Assembly: GCA_002898395.1 (NCBI GenBank)
Contig: BEHE01000011.1
Coordinates: 14,276-78,275 of the forward strand
Direction of reading: 5' to 3'
Origin: Candidatus Calditenuaceae archaeon HR02
GTDB taxonomy: Archaea; Thermoproteota; Nitrososphaeria_A; Caldarchaeales; Calditenuaceae
Length of the DNA stretch: 64,000 nt
Shown: positions 20,244 to 30,752 of the stretch, piece by piece
Layout of the letters: each line of letters begins with the position of its first letter
Numbering within the stretch: the first letter of the stretch is position 1
Made by a program: the position numbers and the translations under genes
The notes under the pieces: generated by a model
Told to the model about the DNA's origin: nothing
Database searches by the model: none
What the model saw: the letters and a program-made list of their open reading frames with translations, nothing else

Positions 20244-20810
20244 TCAGCCGAGCCCCACTTCCTGCTGCATGTCGCGGTGTTGGCGGAGGAGTAGTTTTAG
20301 ATCATCCACCAGCCTGTCAAACCCGTCGTCTATTCTGTAAGTCTTAACGTTTTTCGAGAGGTCTGGGTCGACAACATCTGAAGCGATAACACACCCCAGT
20401 ATGGGATCCTCACACCCTGCCAGGAGACTGGAAACCTCACCGCTGTCTCTACCCACAACCAACTTTACCACCCTCCTACTCTTCGATAGAGCATCATAGA
20501 ACCCCTCCATGAACAAGACGTCGACGTCTGTGGCGCTGAGCAGTTTTAGGAGCCCGGCCTCGCTGTAGTCGGTCGGGGCCTTATGTATGACGGCCCACTC
20601 GTTGGGCGATATTATGTAGACGGCCTGCGCCCCCGCCTCTGTGAAGCGCCAGCTGTCCTTGCCCCTAGTGTCGATGGTAAAGTCGGGGTGGTGGACGTGC
20701 TTAGCGACCCCAACCCTTACACCCTCTCTCCGCAGCGAGTGGACAAGCATCTCTATCGTCCTGGTTTTCCCAGCCTTCTTCCTGCCGAAAACCGCGACTA
20801 ATAACGTCAA
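20244..20810 (-). CDS. mobB: Molybdopterin-guanine dinucleotide biosynthesis protein B
   Basis: GRKKAGKT, KHVHH, GKDSWRF..AGA, MEGF. Confidence 0.9.
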   Translation of the reverse strand: MTLLVAVFGRKKAGKTRTIEMLVHSLRREGVRVGVAKHVHHPDFTIDTRGKDSWRFTEAGAQAVYIISPNEWAVIHKAPTDYSEAGLLKLLSATDVDVLFMEGFYDALSKSRRVVKLVVGRDSGEVSSLLAGCEDPILGCVIASDVVDPDLSKNVKTYRIDDGFDRLVDDLKLLLRQHRDMQQEVGLG

Positions 20811-20823
20811 GGGCCCACCTTCT

Positions 20824-22053
20824 TCATCGGATCAGATGGACTGGGACTACTTGACCCCTCTCAACCCCTCTCCCCTCTTCCAACATAATGAAGCCATCAG
20901 TCCAGGCGATACTTCTCAGAGAGTTTGTACCCCAGCCAAACGGGTGTGCCACATAACCGTTACCAGCCTTCTCAATTCTTACAAACACGAGCTGCCCCAT
21001 ACCCGGCCTAGCCGCCACACTATCCCCACAGGAGGCGAAGACTACAACATCCTCAGGCTCTACGAGGCCTTGAAGAATGTTAAGCAGAGGACGGCCCAAG
21101 AGGTAGAGGGCAGCCGTCATAGACACGACATGCCCTGGAAGCATCAGGATAGGCCTCGCGCCAAGCATGGCGAACCCTGACGGCTTCGCGGGCATGCACC
21201 TGATTCCGTGGAAGAGAATAGAGGCGCCAGGCATAGACACTACAACCTTTGGAACTATGTCGTTTTCCCCGACCGAGCATCCGCCGAGAGTGAACACCGC
21301 CTCACACTTCTGAGCCGCATCCCCCAGCTTCTCCTCTAAAGTGACGGGGTCGTCCGGCGAGACATCGATCATAGATACCTCGCCGCCCATGGCTTCGATC
21401 TTCCTGGCCGCTATGTAGGCGTAGTTTATCGCCCTGACTCCTCTTTCCTGGTATCCTTCATAGAGCTCGTCGCCAACAGCTATCAGGGCCACCCGGCATC
21501 TCCTATAGACGGCCACCCTCTCGATACCCACCTCCATCAGCATGGCGACTTCCTCAGGCCTTATCCTTCTCCCTTTGCCCACTATTTTGTCACCAACTCT
21601 GACCACCTCGCCCGCAGGCATTATGTTCTTACCCCTCGGAACTCTGCGGACAATCTCCACGTAGCCTCCAACCCTCCGCGCGTTTTCACGCTTAACTACG
21701 GCGTCAGCTCCATCCGGAATCCACGAGCCCGTATTGACGTATACAGCCTCGCCCCTGGACAGCCTACCCAAACCTCCACCCACCTCGCGCAACCTCACAG
21801 GATGAGCTACCGACGCGGCCTCAAGGTCTACACTCGCGACAGAGTAGCCGTCAACCGCAGCAACCGGATAAGCCGGAACATTCACGGCAGAGTAAACGTC
21901 ATCCGCGGATACGCGGCCCGCCGCATCCTCTACCTTGACCTCCTCAACACGCGGGAAGTATTCAGAGAAGGCTCCTCTAATCAGCTCCAAAGCATCTTTA
22001 AGGGAAATGAGCTTGAGAACAGTCTTCTCTTCTCCATCATCTTTTGAGATCAT
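20824..22053 (-). CDS. moeA: Molybdopterin molybdotransferase
   Basis: AAVDGYSV, TGSWIPDGADAVV, GDEL, GGCSVG, LPGH. Confidence 0.9.
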   Translation of the reverse strand: MISKDDGEEKTVLKLISLKDALELIRGAFSEYFPRVEEVKVEDAAGRVSADDVYSAVNVPAYPVAAVDGYSVASVDLEAASVAHPVRLREVGGGLGRLSRGEAVYVNTGSWIPDGADAVVKRENARRVGGYVEIVRRVPRGKNIMPAGEVVRVGDKIVGKGRRIRPEEVAMLMEVGIERVAVYRRCRVALIAVGDELYEGYQERGVRAINYAYIAARKIEAMGGEVSMIDVSPDDPVTLEEKLGDAAQKCEAVFTLGGCSVGENDIVPKVVVSMPGASILFHGIRCMPAKPSGFAMLGARPILMLPGHVVSMTAALYLLGRPLLNILQGLVEPEDVVVFASCGDSVAARPGMGQLVFVRIEKAGNGYVAHPFGWGTNSLRSIAWTDGFIMLEEGRGVERGQVVPVHLIR

Positions 22054-22176
22054 AAGCTCATTATCGTAGGCACACCTGCTTTTTTAAACCTATTCCACCC
22101 CTTAGGGGCCTTCGACTAAAAAAGGATGGGCTGAAGGGAGTTTGCAGCCTAGTAATTGGGCTGGCTGCTCCAGTAC

Positions 22177-22572
22177 CTAGCCCCTATATGCTATCGCGTC
22201 TATTTCTACGAGGAACTGGTCGGAGACCATCTTGACTGAGACTGTGGTCCTGGCTGGAGGCGCCTCGGGGAAGAACTCCCTGTAGACCTCGTTCATGGCA
22301 GCGAAGTCCTCCGGCCTCGCAAGATAGACATTAACCTTCACCACGTCCTTGAGACTCGCACCAGCGGCGGCGAGTATCTCCCTAATATTTTCCAACACCC
22401 TCCTCGTCTGCGTCCGCACATCCCCACCAACCACCTTCCCAGTCGCGGGGTCTATCGCCACCTGTCCTGCCACGAAGATCCATCCGCCCGCCTTAATCGC
22501 CTGTGAGTAGGGCCCGGCCGGGCGGGGCCCCCTCTCAGTAAAGACAACCTCCCGAGTCATAGGACATCGCAC
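22177..22572 (-). CDS. ridA: RidA/YjgF enamine deaminase
   Basis: GPYSQA, AGQVA, FAAMNEVY, PART, VEIDAIA. Confidence 0.93.
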   Translation of the reverse strand: MRCPMTREVVFTERGPRPAGPYSQAIKAGGWIFVAGQVAIDPATGKVVGGDVRTQTRRVLENIREILAAAGASLKDVVKVNVYLARPEDFAAMNEVYREFFPEAPPARTTVSVKMVSDQFLVEIDAIAYRG

Positions 22573-22785
22573 TATAACTACTTCATGGTCGTTATAAACT
22601 AGCCGGCGACCCCTATCACCGCCTATCCTGCAGGACAGGGTGGGAGAACAGGCTGGACTAATCGTAAGCAGCGCAGATTAGGCTTGGCAACGCCGCGTAG
22701 TGTTTAATGTAGTGATACGCGGATGCTCTCGAAGCCATGAGCCTGATTTAACATTATATGTCAGTCGTCCCGCAGACTTGCCCGC

Positions 22786-24456
22786 ATGAGGACTGCTTGG
22801 CCGGTGCTGATCCTCGCAGCGTTGGTGATTGCGCAGATAGCCGTTGCTAACGCTGGACTGGCCACCACTCGGCTACTCTTCGGCGGTTCAGGTAGCGATG
22901 ACGCCTCAGGTATAGCGGTCGACCCAAACTACATCTACCTAGTAGGTACTACGACGAGTTTCGGGCCAAATCCACCCAACCTCCTCCTCTCAATATTCAG
23001 GCTCGATAACAGCCACAAGTGCAGCGTAGCGGTCGACCTAGGAGGCGGAGAGCAGGGATTTAAAGTGGTAGCCCGGGGCGGCTCCATCTACGCGCTGGGG
23101 CAAACTAGTCTCGGCACTGACCCCCCAAACATATTGCTAGTCAAGTTCGACACTAGCTGCAACGTCTTGGGATCGGCCGTCTACAATGTTGATGGGGTTG
23201 ATAATCCCTTCGGCCTGGCTATCAGCGACGACGGCAGCACCCTCTACATATCGGGATACTCAACCTCTGCGGCCCATCTACTCGCGGTAAGTGCCTCAAC
23301 ACTATCAGTATCCTGGGCGAGGCTGGTCAAAGTCTCTGGCGGAGGCGATGCCATATACTCGGTCACGTTCAGCGGCGACAAGCTATACCTCACGGGTAGG
23401 ACCGATACAAATGACCTCTTCATCTCAAGGTTCGACGCGACAACGGGGAACCACGATCTGACGAAGGTTTTCGCAACGCCTCAAGGAGAGGCGGGGCTCG
23501 ACATCGCAGTCTCAGCCGGTAAAGTATACGTTGCGGGATATGCCGACGACGATGACTTTCTCTTGATGAGGCTTGATGTGGCGAGCCTTAGCGTGGATTG
23601 GTCCAAGCTAGTAAGCACGCCCTCACCCGAGAAGCTTAATGCAGTCTCGATTCTTGGAGGATTGGTCTATGCGGTGGGTGACACTAGCGTTTTCGGCACC
23701 CCCGATGCTCCGGTAATAGCTGTCAGGGCTTCGGATGGTGAGCTCTCTCATGCCTTCCTCATCGTGGAGGGTGGCTCTGCCCAGGCGGCATATGATGCGG
23801 CAATCTCAGGGTCCTGTCTAATATTTACGGGGACCAGCGGTAATTGGCCAGTCTATTACTTTGTCTTCGATGGATTATCTGTAGGGTCTATTAGCTTCAC
23901 TATATCCTCGCCAACACCCTTAATTGCGAATCCCTCTCCCGCGCCGATTAGTCACGCGGTGACAACCACTCCGTTCACGCCAAGCATCAATACTCCCGCC
24001 TCGACCGATGCTTTCTACAGCTGGTTCTGCCCAGACACGCTAGTGGTATCCACCACTACTACCACAACCTCCCTCACCACGGCCACCCTCTCGACAACCC
24101 TAACCTCAACCATACAGACCACGGTGACGGCCTATGACATTAGGTCGACAACTATAACCCAGACCTCAGTCACGACTAGGACCGACGCCGTCACAGCAAC
24201 TCTGACCACAACGTCGACCCAGACCGAGACCCTACGCACAACCATGACCAGGACCGAGACCACCACACTATCAACAACATACACCACCGCAACCACATTC
24301 TCGACTACAGAAACCTACAAGACAACACTCACGTCAACCCAGTACTTTGCAGAGCCGCTGTCCACCTACGCACTCCCAGCACTCCTCGCAGTCATCGCAG
24401 TCCTTCTCGGAGTCTCCTTGATAAGTAGGCGGAGAAGGAAGCTGTTGTCCTACTGA
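22786..24456 (+). CDS. Cell-surface protein: beta-propeller-like repeats, Thr-rich stalk, C-terminal TM anchor
   Basis: Signal peptide, repeated Y.vG.T.sfG..d.ll.k units, long Thr/Ser tract, TM plus RRRRK. Confidence 0.8.
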   Translation: MRTAWPVLILAALVIAQIAVANAGLATTRLLFGGSGSDDASGIAVDPNYIYLVGTTTSFGPNPPNLLLSIFRLDNSHKCSVAVDLGGGEQGFKVVARGGSIYALGQTSLGTDPPNILLVKFDTSCNVLGSAVYNVDGVDNPFGLAISDDGSTLYISGYSTSAAHLLAVSASTLSVSWARLVKVSGGGDAIYSVTFSGDKLYLTGRTDTNDLFISRFDATTGNHDLTKVFATPQGEAGLDIAVSAGKVYVAGYADDDDFLLMRLDVASLSVDWSKLVSTPSPEKLNAVSILGGLVYAVGDTSVFGTPDAPVIAVRASDGELSHAFLIVEGGSAQAAYDAAISGSCLIFTGTSGNWPVYYFVFDGLSVGSISFTISSPTPLIANPSPAPISHAVTTTPFTPSINTPASTDAFYSWFCPDTLVVSTTTTTTSLTTATLSTTLTSTIQTTVTAYDIRSTTITQTSVTTRTDAVTATLTTTSTQTETLRTTMTRTETTTLSTTYTTATTFSTTETYKTTLTSTQYFAEPLSTYALPALLAVIAVLLGVSLISRRRRKLLSY

Positions 24457-24479
24457 TGCCAAACCACTATATCTCCATG

Positions 24480-25832
24480 TCACCCCACAATTTTATTTTT
24501 CATAACGAGGTTATAGACGAGCTCTGCTATTAGCGGTGCTGAGCCTATGTATTCGTCGGCGCTTTTCGGAAGTATCTCGGAGGCTTGGAGCCCACGCGTG
24601 GCTAAGACTTCTCTAACCCGGTTCAAGTAGTCTGCGCCACCCGCGCCGAGGGCTCTAAGCTCGTCAAGCAGGTCCACACCCCTCAGCCTGGATCTTATCT
24701 GGACGGCCTCGGCGAGGACTTCGGGGTGCCGCTCCAAGTCCCTCCTAGCCTCCCCCCTGTCAACCTCCATACGCTCGAGGTAGGTTGAGAGGTTTTTGAC
24801 GCCGATTAGCAGGTGGGCTAGAGCGACCCCATAGTTCCTCTTAATCGTTGAGTCTGAGAGGTCTCGCTGGAGTCTCGAGACCAGTAGCCTGGATGCGAGG
24901 AATGAGAGCATGTTTGAGGCTATCTCCAGGTTCCCCTCAGCGTTCTCGAGCTCGACTGGGTTGCTCTTCTGCGGCATGGTTGTGGAGCCCACACCGCGCG
25001 GCCTCGGATAGACTAGGCCGAGCATGGTTAGGAGCCAGAGGTCTCTGCAAAGATCCACGAGCACCATCGATGCCACTGAGAGCTCGTAGAGGAGGCGCGA
25101 GACGTCGTCATGAGGAATCACCTGCTTGGTCGCGAGCCAGTGGACGAGGCCTAGCGATTCGACAAGCCTCCTCGAGACATCCAGCGCATCACTCCCGAAG
25201 ACTTCCATCAAGCCTGCATAAGTGCCCACGGCCCCAGAGACCTTCCCAGGCAGCCGCACCTCACCAATATGCCTGAGACACGTCAAAAGCCTGTAGGCGT
25301 GTACTGCCAGCTCCTTCCCCAGAGTCGTAGGGACTGCCGGGCGCCCATGCGTCCGCGCAACGATCACCGTGAATCTCTCCCTATACGCAGTCTCAACTAG
25401 GTCTTGCAGGAGCTTCTCGAGGGCTGGTGTTATGACCGTTGAGATTGCATCCCTCAGCGCCAGGGAGTGGGCTAGATTATTCACGTCCTCCGAGGTGAGG
25501 CCGATGTGTACTAAATGCCCAACCTCTCCGAGGCCCTCCTCATCAAGCCTTTTCCTCAGAAATCTGACCACCGCCTCCACGTCATGCCTCGTCTCAGCCT
25601 CGATAGCCTTTACAGCCTCGACACCACTTTCGTTAAACCTAGAGACTATCTCGTCGAGCCTTGCTGAGAGCCTCTCGAGCAGGCGGGGTGCAAACCTCTC
25701 AGCGACCAGCTTCAGATACTCTGACTCGACCCGGAGCCTGTACCTAATCAGGGCCTCCTCAGAGAAGTATGACTGGAGCTCGGAGACAAGCGGCCCGTAG
25801 CGGCCGTCGACAGGAGATATCGCCCCTCTCAC
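24480..25832 (-). CDS. purB: Adenylosuccinate lyase
   Basis: ISPVDGRY, TRHDV, ARTHG, GSTTMPQKSNP, SRLQRDLSDS. Confidence 0.95.
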   Translation of the reverse strand: MRGAISPVDGRYGPLVSELQSYFSEEALIRYRLRVESEYLKLVAERFAPRLLERLSARLDEIVSRFNESGVEAVKAIEAETRHDVEAVVRFLRKRLDEEGLGEVGHLVHIGLTSEDVNNLAHSLALRDAISTVITPALEKLLQDLVETAYRERFTVIVARTHGRPAVPTTLGKELAVHAYRLLTCLRHIGEVRLPGKVSGAVGTYAGLMEVFGSDALDVSRRLVESLGLVHWLATKQVIPHDDVSRLLYELSVASMVLVDLCRDLWLLTMLGLVYPRPRGVGSTTMPQKSNPVELENAEGNLEIASNMLSFLASRLLVSRLQRDLSDSTIKRNYGVALAHLLIGVKNLSTYLERMEVDRGEARRDLERHPEVLAEAVQIRSRLRGVDLLDELRALGAGGADYLNRVREVLATRGLQASEILPKSADEYIGSAPLIAELVYNLVMKNKIVG

Positions 25833-25918
25833 ATAGCTTAGCTCTTGGTCGGAAGTTTAATCCCTTTTCCACATCTCTGCGGGAAGAGTAGATTAAGCCG
25901 ACTTAACCACTAATCACT

Positions 25919-26494
25919 GTGTTAACCCCCCTCGAGAAGGCCCTCCTAGAGGGCGAGCTTGGAGGACAGGCAAGGTGGAGGGTGGAGTATCTTTTCGTAG
26001 AGGATTCGGGGGAGGATGGATCGATAATTCTCACCCTTTCAGAAGGTGTTGGGGAGGGCTGTGAGAGGCTACACATGGTTAGTTGCTATCTTGGCAGGCT
26101 TCCCCTCAGGGCCGGATCTGTGGGCGGCGCCGTCGTCAGGCAGCACAGCGGCTCCGACACCCTCAGCCTGATACTGTTTGAGGTCAACAGGGCCCTGGTC
26201 GATGGGGGGGCACTAGTCCTCTCGGCCAAAGTCGACGACCCGTCACGGCTGCTGGTTAAGCACGGGTTCGCCCTCGTCTCAGAGCATAGGCCAGGGGGTG
26301 GGGAGGGCTTCTCCGTGACACTCTCGAGGAAGGCTTGGAGAAAATATCTGGGCGACGCATGTCCAAGGTGTGGCAGCACCCACATACTCCCATTAATTCC
26401 CCCCGACGCAAACGTCAGGAAGGTCTGGACACTATATTGCTCCTCTTGCTCCTACAACTGGAGCGTCGAGGAGCCGATAACCGAGTGGATTTAG
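25919..26494 (+). CDS. Hypothetical protein, methyltransferase-like remnant plus C-terminal Zn ribbon
   Basis: LPLRAGSVGGAV, EVNRALVDGG; CPRCGS...CSSC. Confidence 0.55.
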   Translation: MLTPLEKALLEGELGGQARWRVEYLFVEDSGEDGSIILTLSEGVGEGCERLHMVSCYLGRLPLRAGSVGGAVVRQHSGSDTLSLILFEVNRALVDGGALVLSAKVDDPSRLLVKHGFALVSEHRPGGGEGFSVTLSRKAWRKYLGDACPRCGSTHILPLIPPDANVRKVWTLYCSSCSYNWSVEEPITEWI

Positions 26495-27068
26495 CCGGAA
26501 GATATAGAAGCCCTTCCGATTGGTCCCCAAGGGCCAGGCACATTCCCTTGTAATGGAGTAGAGCGACGTAGGCGCAGGTAGCGGCGTCAACCATGTCTAG
26601 GCTTGGAGAGCGGGGGAGCCTAAGCCCAAGCCTCCTCAGTCCAGATGCGATGGGCGCCGCTTTTCTCTGCCCACTCCTCCAGATGCAGAGAATCCTCTGA
26701 GCACCGCTCGGAAAAGTCTCAATTACCTTGAACCCCATCTCTCTAAGGAGCGCTGCAAGCCTCATACCCCTCTCGGCCAACAGCCTCATAGACAGGAGGG
26801 AGACCGGGAAGATCCTAATCCCCAACCTCCTAACTTCCCTATCGCAGAGCCTGTAGCCGCGGCCCCAGGCCCCTGAAGGGTAGGATAGTGGTGCGTCGAT
26901 GGCCACGCAGAGAGGAGAGTAGGCCTGGGCCAGCCCAGCTATCTCCTCGTCGAGCCGCGCCTCATAGAAGCCCGTAGAACCTTCTGTCGATAGGATGCAG
27001 ATTGATGTGGGCCGCCGCGGAGTGGCCGTCAAGTCCACACCCATGAAACATTCACAGCCAGGGCGCAT
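26415..27068 (-). CDS. DUF429-family predicted RNase H-fold nuclease
   Basis: GVDLTA, AIDAPLS, RLCD, IETFP, DAATCA. Confidence 0.8.
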   Translation of the reverse strand: MRPGCECFMGVDLTATPRRPTSICILSTEGSTGFYEARLDEEIAGLAQAYSPLCVAIDAPLSYPSGAWGRGYRLCDREVRRLGIRIFPVSLLSMRLLAERGMRLAALLREMGFKVIETFPSGAQRILCIWRSGQRKAAPIASGLRRLGLRLPRSPSLDMVDAATCAYVALLHYKGMCLALGDQSEGLLYLPAKSTRLSAPRRSSCRSKRSNIVSRPS

Positions 27069-27247
27069 GAACAACCATCCACTCCTCGAGCACAACCCAG
27101 CCACGCAAGAACCAGCACCCAATCCGCTAAGAGCGGCCACGCCGCCTCTTTTATTCTCCCCGCCAACACGGCATAGACCAGTCAACACCAGTTTGTTGCG
27201 GCATCCACAACCCCCTAAAGCCTACACCCCCACGGGCTTAGGGCGGC

Positions 27248-27880
27248 GTGTTGAGAGCCTTGGAAACGGGTAGTAACGAAAGAATTATTAGCAGAATGGG
27301 CAGCAACGTAGCTGTGCCCCCGCTTTCCACTCTCTCAGCCTTCTTCTCCAGTAGGAGTGTGAGGGTAAACGCCCTCCTCGGTGGCCTATCCTTCACGATT
27401 CTATATGTTTTCGCTGTGGGAATTGTCTACTGGTCCCCCACGCCGCTGCCAAATTATATCAACACACCGGCCACCGAGATCGTAATCTCTCAAAACATTC
27501 TAGCATCAGGTGTTTTAATCTACCTTGACGGGGGCTTGGTCATCTCCCTCACCATCGAACCACTCCTAGTTACCTCCATCCTATCACTACTATTCTCTCT
27601 AAACATAGCTCTACTCACGCACTACTCTAAGGCAATAGGCCACAGATGTGCTGCGAGACGCTACACCCCCCTACTCTCCATATTCCCATCACTCTTCACA
27701 TCCTACAGCTGCTGCGGACCTGGACTCATCCCCCTGATCCTCAGCGCGGTGGGATTTGGTGCAGGCTTAGTGATCCTGCTGAGAGCCCTGACATATCTTA
27801 CAGCGGCCGTATCGGCGCTTCTATTAGCGGTGAGCGCACTATTGATGTATAGGCAGGCGAGGCATGCTGCGTCGACCTAA
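27248..27880 (+). CDS. Membrane protein with CC motif
   Basis: 4-5 TM helices, SYSCCGP. Confidence 0.65.
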   Translation: MLRALETGSNERIISRMGSNVAVPPLSTLSAFFSSRSVRVNALLGGLSFTILYVFAVGIVYWSPTPLPNYINTPATEIVISQNILASGVLIYLDGGLVISLTIEPLLVTSILSLLFSLNIALLTHYSKAIGHRCAARRYTPLLSIFPSLFTSYSCCGPGLIPLILSAVGFGAGLVILLRALTYLTAAVSALLLAVSALLMYRQARHAAST

Positions 27881-28544
27881 GATCAGGAAGAGGAGCTTAG
27901 CGGTTACGCTCTCGGTCATAACCCTTGTTACTGTTGCCGCGATGCTTCTCTATTTCGCGGCCCCGTGGAAGAGTGGGGTGTCAAGCGGTGGGTATGAGGG
28001 TTTGAGGCGGCCCTGGTACAATGGGGGTAAGCTCTCTCCCTACGTGGGGGACTTGGCGCCTGATTTTGAAGCCATGACCATAGATGGCTTATCTGTTAGG
28101 CTCTCAGAGCTACGGGGTAGGCCCGTCATTGTGTGGTTTATGGCTGCCTGGTGTCCGAGCTGCACCGTTGTGGGAGAGGCTATCAGGGATGTGGCCAGTG
28201 GTAAGGCAGAGGTAGTGGTGATCGATGTCTGGACACCCAAGTTTATCTCGAAGCTTGGGCTTATGGGAGGAGACCTAGTTCCACCCCCAGAGGGTGAGGT
28301 GGAGCTTAGAACATTCGTCCAGAGGCTAGGAGCTAGGGATTGGCTACTTATACTTGACAGCGACTCCTCGCTCAGCGGACAATACGCCCTGACACGCGTA
28401 GACACACTCTTCGTTATAAGCCGCGAAGGCATAATAGTATTGAGAAGCGACGGCCCTACCACCCGGTCGATACTTGAGGCCGCACTGAAGGAAGCTGAGG
28501 CTAGACAGTCAACCCAGAACTGTCCAATCTGCCCCGGATACTGA
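27864..28544 (+). CDS. Membrane-anchored TlpA/ResA-like thiol-disulfide oxidoreductase
   Basis: N-terminal TM, APDF, FMAAWCPSC, C-terminal CPIC. Confidence 0.85.
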   Translation: MLRRPKIRKRSLAVTLSVITLVTVAAMLLYFAAPWKSGVSSGGYEGLRRPWYNGGKLSPYVGDLAPDFEAMTIDGLSVRLSELRGRPVIVWFMAAWCPSCTVVGEAIRDVASGKAEVVVIDVWTPKFISKLGLMGGDLVPPPEGEVELRTFVQRLGARDWLLILDSDSSLSGQYALTRVDTLFVISREGIIVLRSDGPTTRSILEAALKEAEARQSTQNCPICPGY

Positions 28545-28576
28545 TTAGCGCTATACCACCTCCCCGATAGTTGAGC

Positions 28577-29350
28577 CTAGAGTTCACTCAAGACCCTCTT
28601 GATCCACTCTGCGGTAGCGGAGATTACCCTACCCTCGGTCTCGTATCCAGTGAAGGTGTGGTCAGCATCTTCTAAGACAATCTTCTCCCGCGGCTCACCC
28701 GCCGCGCCGTAAATAATGTCCGCGTGCTCAGGGGGGACGAGCGAGTCCTTGGCCCCGTGGACAACCAACAGTGGTCGCGGCGAGATCTTAGCCACCGCTT
28801 CAGCCAAGTCGTAATTCAGGAGCTCCTGAAACATCTTGACGCTCACGCGGAACCCAGACGGCAGGTCCAGATATTCTCCCACCAACCTGCCTGGCGCGAT
28901 TATCTCCTCTGCGTGTCGTGAGAGGAGCATGAAGTTGCCTGGCGCGGACCAAGTGCAGACAAACCTAATCCTGGGATCGCGGGAGGCCCTGACTATCGAG
29001 ACCGCACCACCCATACTCAAGCCCAGCACACCGATCCTTCCATGATCAACGTCAGGCCTCTCGGAGACGTAGTCCAGCATGCTGCCGAGGTCCTCAACCT
29101 CACTAGTAAAAGTCGCCTCGCTAAACTCACCCTCACTCTCGCCGGAACCATAGAAGTCGAAGCGCACCACGAGAAGCCCCCTTCTACAGAGCTCTCGGGC
29201 GGCTCGGACAAAGAGGCGATGAGCCTCAATCCTGTTGCCAGTGAATCCATGACACATAACGAGGACAGGCGCCGGAGACTGGCTGGGAACATGGACCATG
29301 CATGCGAGCCTACCTCGAGGCCCTGCCACCCAAACAAACTCTTCCCGCAC
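28577..29350 (-). CDS. Alpha/beta hydrolase
   Basis: CHGFTG, GLSMGG, HGAKD, ADHTF. Confidence 0.9.
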   Translation of the reverse strand: MREEFVWVAGPRGRLACMVHVPSQSPAPVLVMCHGFTGNRIEAHRLFVRAARELCRRGLLVVRFDFYGSGESEGEFSEATFTSEVEDLGSMLDYVSERPDVDHGRIGVLGLSMGGAVSIVRASRDPRIRFVCTWSAPGNFMLLSRHAEEIIAPGRLVGEYLDLPSGFRVSVKMFQELLNYDLAEAVAKISPRPLLVVHGAKDSLVPPEHADIIYGAAGEPREKIVLEDADHTFTGYETEGRVISATAEWIKRVLSEL

Positions 29351-29468
29351 AACCTAGAACGGCACACTTCAATACAAATAGTTTATACACATTAGGATAG
29401 CGACTCCATCCACCTGACACTTATCAGCACAGCCAAAGTGGTGTGCGCCCTCATTCCATATTATCTCC

Positions 29469-29759
29469 TAGAGTCTAAGAAGGGATGTTTTTGTGTTCTA
29501 TGTCCATCCCGAGGACTATAAAAGTTCTTGGAGAAGGTCAGAGCATCTATACCCAGGAAGAAGTGTCTCATCGAACTCACGATAAAGATGATACAGTATC
29601 ACATGGACGAGAAAGAGAAGGGAAGGCCTGTTAGAAGATTTGTAATATGTCGCAGAGAGATATCTGCAGGAGTGTGATGAAGCGCATACGAAAACCCGCC
29701 CCCCTCCCTCCTTTATACCTTCTTTCTCACAACATTGAAAAAGCTCCAATTATTAAAAT
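29469..29759 (+). mobile_element. 3' remnant of LAGLIDADG element abutting tRNA-Pro
   Basis: Aligns by eye with 52339-52633 (LAGLIDADG C-terminus and tail); frameshifted. Confidence 0.8.
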
Positions 29760-29835
29760 TGGGGCCGGCCGGATTTGAACCGGCGACCTCCCGGGCCCGA
29801 GCCGGGCATCTTAGACCATGCTCGACCACGGCCCC
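29760..29835 (-). tRNA. tRNA-Pro(CGG)
   Basis: GGGGCCG acceptor stem, anticodon arm CCCGG-CTCGGGC-CCGGG, GGTTCAAATCC T-loop; CCA not encoded. Confidence 0.95.
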
Positions 29836-29890
29836 CCTACGGCACTATGCAGACGCGCAAAAATAAACGTAATCCGGGCTGGAGGGATTG

Positions 29891-30121
29891 TTAGACGACT
29901 ATAGCGGTTTCGGTTCTCTCCACCCCGTCGATTGTGTGTATCTTGGACAGCACCGTGTCTGTCAGCTTCTTCAAGTCTTCAGCCTCAATCAGGACTAGTA
30001 CGTCATACCTGCCGGTAATCATGCATGCGAGTCTGCATCCCGAAATTTTCCCAACCTGCTCTGCTACGTCCTTAGCCTTGCCCGCCCTCGTCGTGATGAA
30101 GACATATGCCTGGACCGCCAC
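29891..30121 (-). CDS. Lrp/AsnC ligand-binding (RAM) domain protein
   Basis: AYVFI, ITGRYDVLV, IDGVERTET. Confidence 0.88.
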   Translation of the reverse strand: MAVQAYVFITTRAGKAKDVAEQVGKISGCRLACMITGRYDVLVLIEAEDLKKLTDTVLSKIHTIDGVERTETAIVV

Positions 30122-30169
30122 AACTACTCTACTGCCATATAACCGTATATCCTTTCCTCTTTAACCAGG

Positions 30170-30720
30170 ACTTCACAGACCCCTACCGCATTTGTGAAGT
30201 GTGGAGGGGTGGTGAGTGAACTGTGAAGTGTGAAATATGACCCGGGGATTCTGGAAAGTATATCTATGGATTATGTAGGTGTTACCTATATATGGATACT
30301 TGCAGTTTTCGGGTATCTCTCCGGGATGCGTGATTGCTGCAGAAAATGAGCATTATCAAACCATCAGAGTCGGGGTCCGAGGTCTTTGATACCCATAACT
30401 CTACCCGGTTAAGATGGTGGTGAAAGGGTGAACGCCAACATTCCACAGGCTCCATTGGAAATGGAGGGGTTCTAAAGACCTCAACCCCATTCACAGTGAA
30501 AAGCCGCGAAAAACAGCTCCTCGGACAGAAAGGGGAGAGTTAAGCCCTTAGGCCAAAGACCTATAATTGGCGGCTCAGATGAGTGGAGTAGCCAAACCAG
30601 CTTTAACGCCCCCACCCCACCCATTCGAGTGGAAATTAACTAGAATCAACACAAACAGAGAAGAGAAAATAAAATTAGATAAATAATTCTTCTCGTCCTA
30701 GAATTTTTTGACATAGCTAT
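30170..30720. other. Probable replication origin (oriC) with ORB elements
   Basis: CTCCATTGGAAATGGAGGGGT at 30450-30470, inverted ORB-like copies at about 30484-30502 and 30609-30635, AT-rich tract about 30655-30710, immediately upstream of cdc6. Confidence 0.8.
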
Positions 30721-30752
30721 CATTAACACTGCTAGCTATCTCTTGAATTGTT

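Noticed and set aside
24050-24340. ACC/ACA-rich periodic DNA (also 10295-10365)
   Set aside because: Explained by Thr-rich coding linkers.
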